Origin: a virus | Length of the DNA: 64,000 bases | Direction: 5' to 3' (one strand) | IMG/VR virus record: IMGVR_UViG_3300046820_000903 | Span: 1 to 64,000 of that record | Part shown: piece by piece, positions 47,192 through 57,418 of the stretch | How the letters are laid out: each line of letters opens with the position of its first letter | How positions within the stretch are numbered: the first letter of the stretch is position 1 | Made by a program: the position numbers and the translations under genes | The notes under the pieces: model-generated | Database searches by the model: none | What the model was told of the DNA's origin: nothing | Seen by the model: the letters and a program-made list of their open reading frames with translations, nothing else

Positions 47192-47793
47192 AGTAATTTA
47201 GAAAACTTTTCTTTTACTTCTTCGTAGGTTGGATTATTTTCAAACCCAATCTGTACAAAATACAAATGTTCGCTGTTGAATCTGTTGTCAAACATGACAA
47301 CTTGATCTCCACGCATCATCCAGGCACCTTCTGGAATAAAAGTATCTTCATCCAGTGGGAAATCTCTTTTATTTCTATCTTCGTCCTTGACTATTACATC
47401 CTTGGAGATCCATTTGACATTGGATGTTGGATGACTTGCAAGTGTCAGATTGAATAAACATTGTCTTGCAGGTAAATCATAATCAAAGATCTTGTCCACT
47501 GCTGGATTGAACGGCGTAGTACGAATACGACCTTGCCAAGGAATACTGATGCTGAAGGGTTTTAAATTGACAATGTTCAACAGCTCAATGTTTAATCCAA
47601 TGTCTTCGATATGGTTGAGCAATTCAAACTGTCCTTGTAGGTCAGGTGTCATTCTAATCTTGCGTAACAGTCCAGTGATAGGATTGAAGTTGAGTGTTAA
47701 TTTTTTAACCTGCTCCATGTCTGCCGCAAACCATTTGTTAAAGTTCTCAACATCAGTGCTATAGTTTTTTTGAATTAGGTGTGCTTTTTCCAT
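47188..47793 (-). CDS. Hypothetical protein
   Basis: 201-aa ORF; possibly a degenerate DSBH fold lacking the HxD triad. Confidence 0.65.
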   Translation of the reverse strand: MEKAHLIQKNYSTDVENFNKWFAADMEQVKKLTLNFNPITGLLRKIRMTPDLQGQFELLNHIEDIGLNIELLNIVNLKPFSISIPWQGRIRTTPFNPAVDKIFDYDLPARQCLFNLTLASHPTSNVKWISKDVIVKDEDRNKRDFPLDEDTFIPEGAWMMRGDQVVMFDNRFNSEHLYFVQIGFENNPTYEEVKEKFSKLL

Positions 47794-47796
47794 TTT

Positions 47797-48960
47797 TTAC
47801 TCTAAATATAAGGGATTACTCAGGCATGTCATTAGCCCTTTTTTTATTCCGCCCAACTTGATCCAGTCATTGCCAACCAAGTCTGCTAATTTTTCTAGTC
47901 CAGCTGTATATATCTGAGTATGCTTGGCATGTGCGTCCTTCAAAAACCATTCGTCTCTGGGACTCCACATCAACAGCAAATCGTGTTTGCCACTGGAATA
48001 TGTATCTGCTGACCAGTCTTCATAGACCAAACGATGGCATCCGTCATTGGTCAGATACCATGTTTTACCGTTGACAACTGCATTGCCCAGTGCATTGCCT
48101 TTTCTATTGAGCCAGCGTGAATCAAAGTCCTCTACCGGAATATTTTTAAGATATCGCATTATAACATGTCCTTGCTTGCACAGTAGATCTTTGGCATCTG
48201 GGCTCCAAAAGAAGAACTCATCATGTTCCCAGTCTCTGTTTAGGCTCTGTGTGACTGGACTAACTGAGTTATCAACAATGTCAACAAAGCGGATGGCATA
48301 ACGCCGATCCTTCTCTAGGTTAACTCTGGGCTTGTCCATGCCCCATACAAAACAAACACGCTTGCCTTGGGCAAACAGGTCCAAGTAGTCTTGATTCTTT
48401 TCTCTAATGTAGCGGCGAGCCAGTTGGTTGGGACTGAACACAGCATTTGCTTTGTATAGAAAATCAAACTTGTTATCATCCACACTAAACAGGTTGGGCT
48501 GATAGTCAATATGGTCAACTAATCTAAACTTTGTAGCAGGACTAGATTCTAGTATCTTTTCAGCCACCGGGATGGCCACACGCTTTACTTCGCTGTTGAG
48601 ATAAGTGTCCCAAGAACCATCGCCGCCAAAGTTGTGGAATGTTGCTAACTCATCTACATGTAGCCCTTGATCAATAAATGCACGAAGCATGGTATAACTG
48701 TCAGCACCACCTGACCACCATAAGACCACATAGTCATAGCGTTCTCTAATTTGTCTGGCACGAGCTTGATATAACTGTTTTAAACTTTCAGCAGGTTCCA
48801 CAGTCCAATCATACAGGCCAAATTCTTCATCATTAAAGTTCCAATGTACTGGAATAGCAGTGGCATTGCTTAACTCAATGGCTTCTACCTTGCTGTAAGT
48901 TTTGAACTTGCCAACTTGGTAAAAGCCAAACTTGTCCTTGCTTAAATGTGCGTTTAACAT
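47797..48960 (-). CDS. PP-loop ATPase (adenine nucleotide alpha-hydrolase)
   Basis: VVLWWSGGADSYTML; WGMDKPRV. Confidence 0.7.
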   Translation of the reverse strand: MLNAHLSKDKFGFYQVGKFKTYSKVEAIELSNATAIPVHWNFNDEEFGLYDWTVEPAESLKQLYQARARQIRERYDYVVLWWSGGADSYTMLRAFIDQGLHVDELATFHNFGGDGSWDTYLNSEVKRVAIPVAEKILESSPATKFRLVDHIDYQPNLFSVDDNKFDFLYKANAVFSPNQLARRYIREKNQDYLDLFAQGKRVCFVWGMDKPRVNLEKDRRYAIRFVDIVDNSVSPVTQSLNRDWEHDEFFFWSPDAKDLLCKQGHVIMRYLKNIPVEDFDSRWLNRKGNALGNAVVNGKTWYLTNDGCHRLVYEDWSADTYSSGKHDLLLMWSPRDEWFLKDAHAKHTQIYTAGLEKLADLVGNDWIKLGGIKKGLMTCLSNPLYLE

Positions 48961-50270
48961 TATGTTCCGTATTTTTTTCTAAAATTGATTACCGACTGTA
49001 CTTTTGCTGTTTGTAAAACTCTAAAGTTAAAATCTACTATGGTTTTTATTTTTATACTTGCTTCTAATTTTTTCTCGTCTGACCAAGATGCAATTTCTTT
49101 AATCAGTTCTAACACTTTAAAGAAACGTTGGGTATCATCTGTTTCTAGATCGTAGCTTTCATCCCAAATACTATTAAATGTAACAAACCCTTGTTCGCGC
49201 ATTGCTTTTAAACTGCCACTGGTTGCAAACATAATAAATGGTTGCTTGTACGCAATAGGTTTGTAACTTTTTTCAGTCAAGTGTACAATGTTAGTAAAGA
49301 AGTTTGTTTCAGCAATAATATTAACAAAGCTGTTTTCATACAATTGTCTAGTAGAATCAAACTCGTCAAACATTAAATTCAACTTATGGTCAGGCGTGTC
49401 CAGTATTAGAGGAAGCTGTGCTTCAATGCCTGCTAGATCTTCATCTGATATAATATTCCTTGTGCTTAGTCTATTGAAGAATTGTCTGGCATGATTGGTG
49501 TATGTGCCGCCGTTGTCAATTTCCAATTTGGAAAAGCTAATGTTAAAATGTTCCAGCAAGTTGTTCTTATACAAATAAGCCAGAATGAGTACACGATGAG
49601 CCTGTGAGCCCCAGCGACGATTGAACATTAAAAACGTCTTGGACTTCTTGCCTATTGTATACTTGACTTCTTTGTTTTGTAAAATATCTTTATAGATGTA
49701 AAAGTAAAACGGAAGATATTCAAACTGTAAGCCTTCGTTGGGCTTGCTGAATCGTTGACAATAGCTGTCATAAACTTCTTGACAATTAGGACTGCATGTT
49801 AGATATATAACTTGTGACATTGGTAAACCACTGTTGCGAAAGTAGTTTTCTATCTGCATCAAGTCGCTGTCTTTTAAAATGCTTTCCAATGGACATGTTA
49901 CAAGTAGGTATGCTGTTTTATTTTTAATGCGATTAAACACATTAGCTGGCAGCTGACTCCACCCTAGCATGCCTCCTAACTTGCCTGAGCCAAAAAACTC
50001 TTCTATGCTGTGCCACCAGTAATGATTGTACTCGTACAAGAAAGTTTCATTGGGTAAGTCACATATTGGATATGTTCTGACCAGTTCAGATTTCTGAAGA
50101 AACTCATAACAGTTGGATGTTTGAAGCTCAAATTGAAGCTCATTGCCTACTCGCTTGAAATGTGTTCGGCCCGAAGCTCTGGCCATATCATACACATTGG
50201 GCGGACTATTATTGGGTATTGGATTGATTGGTCCAATCCAATCAAATACAAAATTAACCTTTTTGCTCAT
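48960..50270 (-). CDS. Hypothetical protein, putative glycosyltransferase-like (paralog of 54086-55387)
   Basis: FLMFNRR...HR...VNIIAETNFF...LTEKSYKPIAYKQPF...GFVTF..IWDESYD; likely start MSKKVNF. Confidence 0.6.
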   Translation of the reverse strand: MSKKVNFVFDWIGPINPIPNNSPPNVYDMARASGRTHFKRVGNELQFELQTSNCYEFLQKSELVRTYPICDLPNETFLYEYNHYWWHSIEEFFGSGKLGGMLGWSQLPANVFNRIKNKTAYLLVTCPLESILKDSDLMQIENYFRNSGLPMSQVIYLTCSPNCQEVYDSYCQRFSKPNEGLQFEYLPFYFYIYKDILQNKEVKYTIGKKSKTFLMFNRRWGSQAHRVLILAYLYKNNLLEHFNISFSKLEIDNGGTYTNHARQFFNRLSTRNIISDEDLAGIEAQLPLILDTPDHKLNLMFDEFDSTRQLYENSFVNIIAETNFFTNIVHLTEKSYKPIAYKQPFIMFATSGSLKAMREQGFVTFNSIWDESYDLETDDTQRFFKVLELIKEIASWSDEKKLEASIKIKTIVDFNFRVLQTAKVQSVINFRKKYGT

Positions 50271-50931
50271 AGGTGTTGTAAAAAATAGTATTGATAGCGT
50301 CAGCATAAATTTCTTTATAGCCATGTAAGACAAGAAGATTTCTAATTAATTTATGACTGCGTTGTATATCAGGGTAGTTGTCGTAGCCCGAATGTATATC
50401 TGATAATTCTGCAATAATCATTTTAGGTCTAAAGTCCTCTAAGCTAAACGATTCAAAGACTTCTTGCTCATAACCTTCAACATCAACAACTAGTAAGTCA
50501 AAGTCTTTGCTAATATTATGTTTATGCAAAATAGTATCTAACTTAGTGGTCGGTACAATTAGTTCTGACTCGTTGTTAAAGTGTTTATGTTCAAAAATAT
50601 TCTTGTGGGCGGCATGCATAGTATCGCTCAGTGTACTCAGTCCCCCAGCAACATGAATCTTTTTTTCGTTGTTACTATTTCCAATAGCACATTGTTCAAA
50701 TTGAACATTGTTGTTTTGATGTCGTTGCTTGCACTGGTCCATATGATCGGGTACAGGTTCTATGTAAATCCCAGTCCAACCTAGATCTGCAAGCCCGCTA
50801 GTATTAGAAAAAGATTCGCCATTAAATGCACCAACTTCAACAAAACAGCCGTTAGTTTTATTAAAATACTGTAGATAAATTTCTTTAAGATTGGTTATTT
50901 GGCAAGTAGGAGATATTCTAATATTATTCAT
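50254..50931 (-). CDS. FkbM-family methyltransferase
   Basis: FVEVGAFNG, YIEP, LLVVDVEGYE. Confidence 0.88.
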   Translation of the reverse strand: MNNIRISPTCQITNLKEIYLQYFNKTNGCFVEVGAFNGESFSNTSGLADLGWTGIYIEPVPDHMDQCKQRHQNNNVQFEQCAIGNSNNEKKIHVAGGLSTLSDTMHAAHKNIFEHKHFNNESELIVPTTKLDTILHKHNISKDFDLLVVDVEGYEQEVFESFSLEDFRPKMIIAELSDIHSGYDNYPDIQRSHKLIRNLLVLHGYKEIYADAINTIFYNTYEQKG

Positions 50932-50964
50932 CGTTATTCAAGTCCTTTAACCAGTTATTTAATA

Positions 50965-51609
50965 CTATTGAACTATCAGCTCATAGTCTGTCACACTTAC
51001 AGTATTTAAAACGTATAGAGCATCACAGTGATCTTTGAATCTTTCAAGGTAACCAAGAGATTCCATCAGTGCTCTGAAGCCTTCATAAGTTGTTCCAGTC
51101 TTGTACATATTAAACTCACTGATTTCTGCCCACACTATGCTAGGCCGTGCCGCACCAATAGAACTGAATACTTGATGTTCAGCACCCTGTACGTCAATGT
51201 GAACAAAGTCTGGACTAGCATTATGCACAGAACAAAAGGTGTCTAAGGTAATACTGGGAACTGTATAGCCTTCGCCCCATTGCCAACGTTCATTTAATAA
51301 GTTGGGTCCTGGTTCGCATACACTACCAGACCATGGCCATTCTTGTCCGTCTAGCACAGCACTGGGATAAAAGGTTAAATTCCCATTGGAATTTGATACT
51401 GCCATATGGAAGTAGTTTATGCCATGCTCAACTGCTGTTTTTTTGTTTTGTGCTTCCCATGCACTGGCGCATTCAAATGCATAAAATGTCGCGGCAGGAA
51501 ATTCGGCTTTGATTCGTCTGGTGTCATTCAAGTCTGCGGCACCTATGTCAAATATTACTGCGTTGGGCCTTAGGTTGGTGGCCAGCCATGTTAAATTAAG
51601 ATTACTCAT
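50965..51609 (-). CDS. FkbM-family methyltransferase
   Basis: IFDIGA, YAFE, TLDTF, VHIDVQGAE. Confidence 0.88.
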   Translation of the reverse strand: MSNLNLTWLATNLRPNAVIFDIGAADLNDTRRIKAEFPAATFYAFECASAWEAQNKKTAVEHGINYFHMAVSNSNGNLTFYPSAVLDGQEWPWSGSVCEPGPNLLNERWQWGEGYTVPSITLDTFCSVHNASPDFVHIDVQGAEHQVFSSIGAARPSIVWAEISEFNMYKTGTTYEGFRALMESLGYLERFKDHCDALYVLNTVSVTDYELIVQ

Positions 51610-52561
51610 TGATTTGTCCTTGTATCCAGTCGTATGTTTTATTCAACCCATACTCTAAGTTCTCACCAGGTGCCCAGCCTATTGTGTCTCGAATAAGTTT
51701 GTTGTGACTGTTGCGCCCCATAACTCCCGTTGGCCCATCTACATTTCTAATAGACACATTCTTGTATGCCAACTTGGCAATCAATAGAGCTAAATCATTG
51801 ATGCTGATCATACGCTCGCTACCCAAGTTTAAAGGAAACTCGCAGTCGCTGGCCATGATGCGATGTATGCCTTCTATACACTCATCAATGTACAAGAAGC
51901 TACGAGTTTGATTGCCTGGCCCCCATATCTCTACTGTGTCGCTTTCTGTGCATTGTGCTACCTTGCGACACAAGGCCGCCGGCGCTTTTTCTTTGCCGTT
52001 ATTCCAAGAACCCCAAGGACCAAAAATATTATGAAAGCGGGCAATTCTTGCTCTGATGCCATAATTGCGAGCAAAACTCATGTACAGACGCTCACTGAAT
52101 AACTTCTCCCATCCATATTCGCTGTCTGGGTCAGCAGGATACGCACTTTCTTCGCTCAGTAACGGATTGGCTGGATCCAGTTGGTTATGGCTGGGATACA
52201 TGCAGGCGCTACTACTGTAGAACACACGAGTAACACCCTTCTTGGTCATTTCATGTACAATATTCAAATTGATCATTGCTGAGTTATGTACAATGTCAGC
52301 GTCATGTTCACCAGTGAAGATATAACCTGCGCCGCCCATGTCCGCGGCCAGTTGATATATTTCGTAAATGTCTTCTGTTATCAATTGCTGTACATTGGTT
52401 TGCACACGAAGATCCATAATATGGAATTCATCTGCATCTGTAGCACTGAACTCTGGATGCTTTAGGTCAGCACCAATTACATAGTGACCTAGTCGTTTTA
52501 AATCAGTCACCAAGTGACTTCCAATGAAGCCACCGGCTCCGCATACTAATACTTTTTTCAT
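51602..52561 (-). CDS. NAD-dependent epimerase, GDP-mannose 3,5-epimerase-like
   Basis: GAGGFIG, QLAADMGGAGYI, SSSACMYP, YGWEK, KEKAPAALCRK. Confidence 0.9.
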   Translation of the reverse strand: MKKVLVCGAGGFIGSHLVTDLKRLGHYVIGADLKHPEFSATDADEFHIMDLRVQTNVQQLITEDIYEIYQLAADMGGAGYIFTGEHDADIVHNSAMINLNIVHEMTKKGVTRVFYSSSACMYPSHNQLDPANPLLSEESAYPADPDSEYGWEKLFSERLYMSFARNYGIRARIARFHNIFGPWGSWNNGKEKAPAALCRKVAQCTESDTVEIWGPGNQTRSFLYIDECIEGIHRIMASDCEFPLNLGSERMISINDLALLIAKLAYKNVSIRNVDGPTGVMGRNSHNKLIRDTIGWAPGENLEYGLNKTYDWIQGQINE

Positions 52562-54066
52562 TCTGATGGTTCTATAATAGTTGTTGAAGGCTGATTGTAG
52601 TTGCCTGTTTTGGCTATTTCTTTAGCCAATTTACTTACCTCATACTCTCTTTGACACCTGTCAATGAAGGTAACCATTTCAGGGAACACTTCCTTGAAGT
52701 TGGTACCATTGCGCTTGTCATGCTCTTGTATGTACAAATAAAAATCATGCCGGGCAACAACGTTTTCTCGTTTGTTTGGATCCTCAGCCTTGATAACGTT
52801 CAGTAGTCTTGCCAAGTTATCTACTTCATGCTGATAAAAGCCATCCTGATAGTCCACGTATTCAAATTGGCCCACATTTCCTGTCATCCAGTTCACATGC
52901 TTTTCCAATGTTTCTATCAGGCCTGGGCCTGCAATCAATGCACTTAAATGCCTGGGATGACGCAGGTATGGGAAGTCAAGTGTGACGCCACGAAGGCCAC
53001 TGACCTTATGTTCGGGTGTTGGTGATCTACGTATTGCAAGAATATCTTTTAAGAAATTTCTAAATTGTGGAATACTCAATATATTGAATGTACACATGAT
53101 TGTCACATCCAACTCTGGATAGCGTAGAGCCAAGTTCCATAAGTTGTAGTACCACTTGTTATAGTCCAGGCCTACACGAACATATTCGGCTTGCTTGCCC
53201 CATGTATCACAAGACGTAAAGATCTTTAAATTTCTAACCTTGCCTTCACGTTTAATTTGTTGACATTTCTCAAAGAACTTGTCAATGATGTCTTGGTCAA
53301 CACCCAGGTTAGTATTAATGGCCAGTTCTAAGTCAGGATTAGGATTTTCAATGATCCAGTCTAGTGTGCGGAATGTTTCTTTGCTTAGTAAGGGTTCGCC
53401 TCCAGTAATACGAAATACCTTTAATTCAGGATATAGTGTAGGCCACCACTTCCACCATGCGTCGATATAAGGGTTGACGTCCTTATTTGGAATAGGCATG
53501 CGGTTTGCGCTTTCCAACCAGGTAATATCTTGTGTGACAGATTGACTGAGTTTAATAGCACCATGGCGCTTGGCAGACTGCATTAGTGTACTGCTGATCT
53601 CTGGACTGCAATAACCACATCCAAAGTTACATACATTACTAAAACTCACTTCCACGTAGGCTGGAACAACATCTGCATCCCAGGGCAGTTTAGAACTGGA
53701 TTCTAAGAATGGTTCTCCCCAGACTGTATCAGCACTTTTCTTTGTACGATCCGAAACGTATGTGCCATCATTACCTGGAGCATCTTCTACTCGCCAGCAG
53801 TAGTCGCACTCTTTGGGACGTTGACCTTCCAGCATTAGTTTACGAGAGTGCTTCTTGTGCCAGGTATTGTGCAAGGCACTGGGATTGACTACAATTTCCT
53901 CTAAGGGAATTTTATGTGGACTGGGATGATGACACGAGTGTGTTTGCCCAGTGGCCAAATGAATGGTTACTTGTTGCCATTTGGCCACACAATAAGTGGG
54001 GCTGACCTTGTCCAATTCTTTATGAATACGGATCAGTCTGTCGTTGTATTGTTCGGTAATTGCCAT
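52558..54066 (-). CDS. Radical SAM protein with N-terminal twitch/SPASM-like Cys cluster
   Basis: CVAKW...SCHH...CDYCW; CNFGCGYC; ITGGEPLL; start MAITEQ 5 nt after TAAATA. Confidence 0.88.
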   Translation of the reverse strand: MAITEQYNDRLIRIHKELDKVSPTYCVAKWQQVTIHLATGQTHSCHHPSPHKIPLEEIVVNPSALHNTWHKKHSRKLMLEGQRPKECDYCWRVEDAPGNDGTYVSDRTKKSADTVWGEPFLESSSKLPWDADVVPAYVEVSFSNVCNFGCGYCSPEISSTLMQSAKRHGAIKLSQSVTQDITWLESANRMPIPNKDVNPYIDAWWKWWPTLYPELKVFRITGGEPLLSKETFRTLDWIIENPNPDLELAINTNLGVDQDIIDKFFEKCQQIKREGKVRNLKIFTSCDTWGKQAEYVRVGLDYNKWYYNLWNLALRYPELDVTIMCTFNILSIPQFRNFLKDILAIRRSPTPEHKVSGLRGVTLDFPYLRHPRHLSALIAGPGLIETLEKHVNWMTGNVGQFEYVDYQDGFYQHEVDNLARLLNVIKAEDPNKRENVVARHDFYLYIQEHDKRNGTNFKEVFPEMVTFIDRCQREYEVSKLAKEIAKTGNYNQPSTTIIEPSE

Positions 54067-54085
54067 AATGTTATTTAGTATGTAG

Positions 54086-55387
54086 TTAATCCCATAAGGT
54101 TTCAATTGCTTCTACAACTTGAGTTGAGATTAGTTGATCCATAAATGCCTTGTTGGTCAGCAGATGTCTATTGTGCTGTATTGTTGGTTGGCACTGGAGT
54201 AATAGTGCGGCAAAGTCTGCTTCACTTAGTGCAATGATACGCTTTAATGTACGAGTCAATTCAATTCCACGTTCTACAGGATCAGTTATGGCGTCATATG
54301 ATTCATCTATATACGGGCCAAAGGTTTTAAATCCATACTCACGTAGCTGTTGTAAGAATCCCGGAGCACCTGCCAACAAGAATATTTGTCCGTGTAGCAT
54401 GGGTTTAAAAATCTTTTCTGTGGGGAATATGGCATTGGTAAAGAAAAGTGTTTCAGTAACAAGATTTACAGGGTATTCATCGTATAGTGTGTTATTTAAA
54501 TCCAGTGCGTAGTTGATGTCAAAGCGATCTGTGTCTGCTATCAGCGGAAGTTTATTATACACTTGATTAAAACTGTTGTCAAGATTGTCAATGTAACCAT
54601 TGCAACGATCTTTAAGTAGTTGCCATTGATAAGGCAAGTCAAAGTCTTTGCCTTCCCAATTGATATCAGGTTCCGTAAAATGCTTGGGCATACTGACAGC
54701 ACCATGTTCTACAAGACCAAAGTGTTCCAGTAGCGTAACAAAGAATATGCGGTGCGGATACGGGCGCCTATTTAAACTCATAAAACGACGAGTACCAGGT
54801 TTCCATTTGGCCATTGGGATACCTAGTTCTGGCTTGTCCCTGTAGCGTTGATTAAAGTTAATCCAGTTGGCAAAGAATCCATACCAAGCACACTTCATTA
54901 ACACTGGCATCTTGTTTCTGCGGCACCATTGTAGATACACAGATTCTACGTTGCAAGTACTGCTGACATACAGCACACGATCTGCTAAGTTGTATTGTGC
55001 TATCCAATTGGTCAAGTCTGGGAATACTTCTTCCGTAAAGCCCTCTTCTGAGTAGTCAATTATAATGCGACAGTTGGCGTCATGCAATGCCAGTAGTCTG
55101 TTGGGATTGGAAGCAAACCACGAGTCAATCAGGGCCAGCTTCTGCTGATTCCATCCTCCGTGTAGACCAATGATTACTACACCACGTTCTGTGGCTTTAT
55201 ATTCATTAAATGTTTTAAATTCATTTTGGCTTTTAAAGTAATTGAAAATGATGTAGTCTAGTAGCGGATCAATTGTAAAGTTCTTAGAGCCTTCTTCGGG
55301 TATGTACTGTTTCAAGTAACGGTTCCATAAGTTCTCATCTGTAAAGTCTGGGGCAATGTAATCGCCATACCACGTGATAGTTGTCAT
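54086..55387 (-). CDS. Hypothetical protein, putative glycosyltransferase-like (paralog of 48960-50270)
   Basis: FMSLNRRPYPHR...VNLVTETLFF...PTEKIFKPM...GFKTF..IDESYD. Confidence 0.6.
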   Translation of the reverse strand: MTTITWYGDYIAPDFTDENLWNRYLKQYIPEEGSKNFTIDPLLDYIIFNYFKSQNEFKTFNEYKATERGVVIIGLHGGWNQQKLALIDSWFASNPNRLLALHDANCRIIIDYSEEGFTEEVFPDLTNWIAQYNLADRVLYVSSTCNVESVYLQWCRRNKMPVLMKCAWYGFFANWINFNQRYRDKPELGIPMAKWKPGTRRFMSLNRRPYPHRIFFVTLLEHFGLVEHGAVSMPKHFTEPDINWEGKDFDLPYQWQLLKDRCNGYIDNLDNSFNQVYNKLPLIADTDRFDINYALDLNNTLYDEYPVNLVTETLFFTNAIFPTEKIFKPMLHGQIFLLAGAPGFLQQLREYGFKTFGPYIDESYDAITDPVERGIELTRTLKRIIALSEADFAALLLQCQPTIQHNRHLLTNKAFMDQLISTQVVEAIETLWD

Positions 55388-55403
55388 GCTGATACTTATA
55401 GTC

Positions 55404-55451
55404 AAAGAAAAACCCCAACGTGCCAGGATGATCAGTCCGCAGAGGTTGGGG
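55404..55451 (-). terminator. Terminator-like long stem with internal hairpin, after the endolysin gene
   Basis: - strand CCCCAAC...GTTGGGG followed by TTTTTCTTT. Confidence 0.6.
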
Positions 55452-55461
55452 CCGTGTTAAC

Positions 55462-56097
55462 TTATTTGCTGTCAGTGTGAACTGATCGTAATACTTCTAG
55501 TATATGATGAAAGTGTGCAGTACGATCAGCTAAGCCAATTGTGCCACCGTTGATCTTTTTAGTGACTGTTGTTACATCTTCCTTGTCAGCCCATGTATTC
55601 AACTTGCGAGTATCCCAGAACCAACCTGCACTTAGTACAGCCACTGGGTTCTTGGCAACTTGATCTGGGTCTGCTACTAAGTCTAAGCCTAGTGCTTTAC
55701 CACATGATTTGTAGTTGTCTTTACCTGTCAATTGAATTACACCGCGCCCGCGAAACTTGTAGCCTTCGCCTGATGCCTCATTGCCATTGCCCATACGGTC
55801 GCAATAGGCTCTGTTTGCAATCTTTTCTGGCTTACGTGCGTATTCGTCTGCAACACCTGCAAACTTCTTAGGCCAAAAAGCCAACAATGCTTTGGCTTGA
55901 TAGTTTAAGTTTTCTTCTACTGCATTAAAGTTACCACTTTCGTGGGCAGTTTGTGCAATAAACATGGCCTGTCTTTCGGGCGTATTGATTTCAAAGTGTT
56001 CAAACGTTTCGTTTAGTCCTTCTAAGAACATAGACAAACGTTCTGACTTTGCCTGGGGCAAACATGCTTTTAACACATCCAAAGTTAATTCTGACAT
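55462..56097 (-). CDS. Glycoside hydrolase family 19 endolysin
   Basis: FIAQTAHESG, EENLNY, FRGRGVIQLTGKDNY, SAGWFW, TKKINGG. Confidence 0.93.
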   Translation of the reverse strand: MSELTLDVLKACLPQAKSERLSMFLEGLNETFEHFEINTPERQAMFIAQTAHESGNFNAVEENLNYQAKALLAFWPKKFAGVADEYARKPEKIANRAYCDRMGNGNEASGEGYKFRGRGVIQLTGKDNYKSCGKALGLDLVADPDQVAKNPVAVLSAGWFWDTRKLNTWADKEDVTTVTKKINGGTIGLADRTAHFHHILEVLRSVHTDSK

Positions 56098-56107
56098 AAA
56101 TGTCTCC

Positions 56108-57415
56108 TTATTGTATGTGCTTATTTAACAAATCAGAGGTTCCAGGTAGCGTTTTACGCCAGTCTGTGCCACGTGTAGTGTCTAAAAAGTCCATTAATTC
56201 TACGTAACGCTTAACTGCTAGTATGTTTTCAAACTTACTGTCAAAGTGATCAATTAACCATTTGTGAATAGTTCTACCTACAGGTGTGTCCCGTGTAGCG
56301 TATAACTCTGCTAATTCTTCCTTAGCTGAACGTGGTAAACTCATAACGCTGTGCATAGCAGGAGCATCAACAAACTTAACTTGGAATGGTACGCCTTGGC
56401 TGTGGACCCAATCTTCTGTTTCAAACATTGTATGTGTAGTGCTCATTTGTGTACAGCTTGTTAGTCTATGTAACTTAACAACGCCTTCTTTTTCGTACTC
56501 TTTAACTCGCTTAACGTTGCGTTGGAATGTGTCCCACGAACTTGTACGAATTAACTCAAAAGGTTCGTAAGCCGCATCAATGCTGCCGGCCAATTCAACA
56601 TGCTTGAAGTGACTCCAACGCTGTGCTAATTTGTCGTTAATAACTGACAAGTTAGTATCGTAGTCTAAGTATACTTCTTTAGCACGACCTGACGCAATAA
56701 TACGATCTAGCATTTCGTCGTGTGCAGGAACAATCATTGGTTCCCCGCCTGTGATGTAGATATGTTCTAGTGTAGGTAGTAGTTCATCAAACTTAGACCA
56801 CCATATGTCAGTTTCCCACCAACGTACTTCTTTTGGATTAAACAGCTTGCCGTGTTCGTTGCGTTCTAGTTTAACTCTAGGATGACCAAAGCCCCAAGGC
56901 ACTTCTAAATTATTATTGTTAAATCCAACCCAGTCTTCATACCATTGGTTTGAGTAGCTGGGTCCACAGTGAACACACTTTTGGTTACATAAGTTTCCAA
57001 AGCGTATGTCTAGTGTTGTTGGATTCCATTTGACATAGCCATTTTCGTCCATGTCTGCATTCATATAAGTGGCAGGACTTACTATGTTTGTGCTTGGATT
57101 ACGGCGCTCCATGCTTTGTCTACGACTAGCATTAATGTTCTTTGGATCGCCACCTGTTGCGCTTTCACGCTCACTACAGCATGAGCACAAGTCATGCCAC
57201 CCGCCTTGTGTTTTTACATCATTAATGCGAACTGACCTATGCCACTTACCATTGAGCCCTTGATTAGGCGTGTGTGTCATAATGTTCATTAACTTGCCGT
57301 TCTCATCAAGAGCCATGCCCTCGTTCATTGTTCGACTGTTAGTTAATGCACATATCCTATAATCGCCAAGAGGGGTTATCATCAACCCCTGCCACGGCAG
57401 TCTACAAAAAGCCAT
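56108..57415 (-). CDS. Radical SAM protein with N-terminal twitch/SPASM-like Cys cluster
   Basis: FCRLPW...IC...CSCC; CNQKCVHC; ITGGEPM. Confidence 0.88.
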   Translation of the reverse strand: MAFCRLPWQGLMITPLGDYRICALTNSRTMNEGMALDENGKLMNIMTHTPNQGLNGKWHRSVRINDVKTQGGWHDLCSCCSERESATGGDPKNINASRRQSMERRNPSTNIVSPATYMNADMDENGYVKWNPTTLDIRFGNLCNQKCVHCGPSYSNQWYEDWVGFNNNNLEVPWGFGHPRVKLERNEHGKLFNPKEVRWWETDIWWSKFDELLPTLEHIYITGGEPMIVPAHDEMLDRIIASGRAKEVYLDYDTNLSVINDKLAQRWSHFKHVELAGSIDAAYEPFELIRTSSWDTFQRNVKRVKEYEKEGVVKLHRLTSCTQMSTTHTMFETEDWVHSQGVPFQVKFVDAPAMHSVMSLPRSAKEELAELYATRDTPVGRTIHKWLIDHFDSKFENILAVKRYVELMDFLDTTRGTDWRKTLPGTSDLLNKHIQ

Positions 57416-57418
57416 TGT

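Noticed and set aside
55404-55451. Hammerhead or HDV-like ribozyme
   Set aside because: CUGAUCA is not the CUGAUGA core, there is no matching GAAA strand, and I could not build the nested double pseudoknot.
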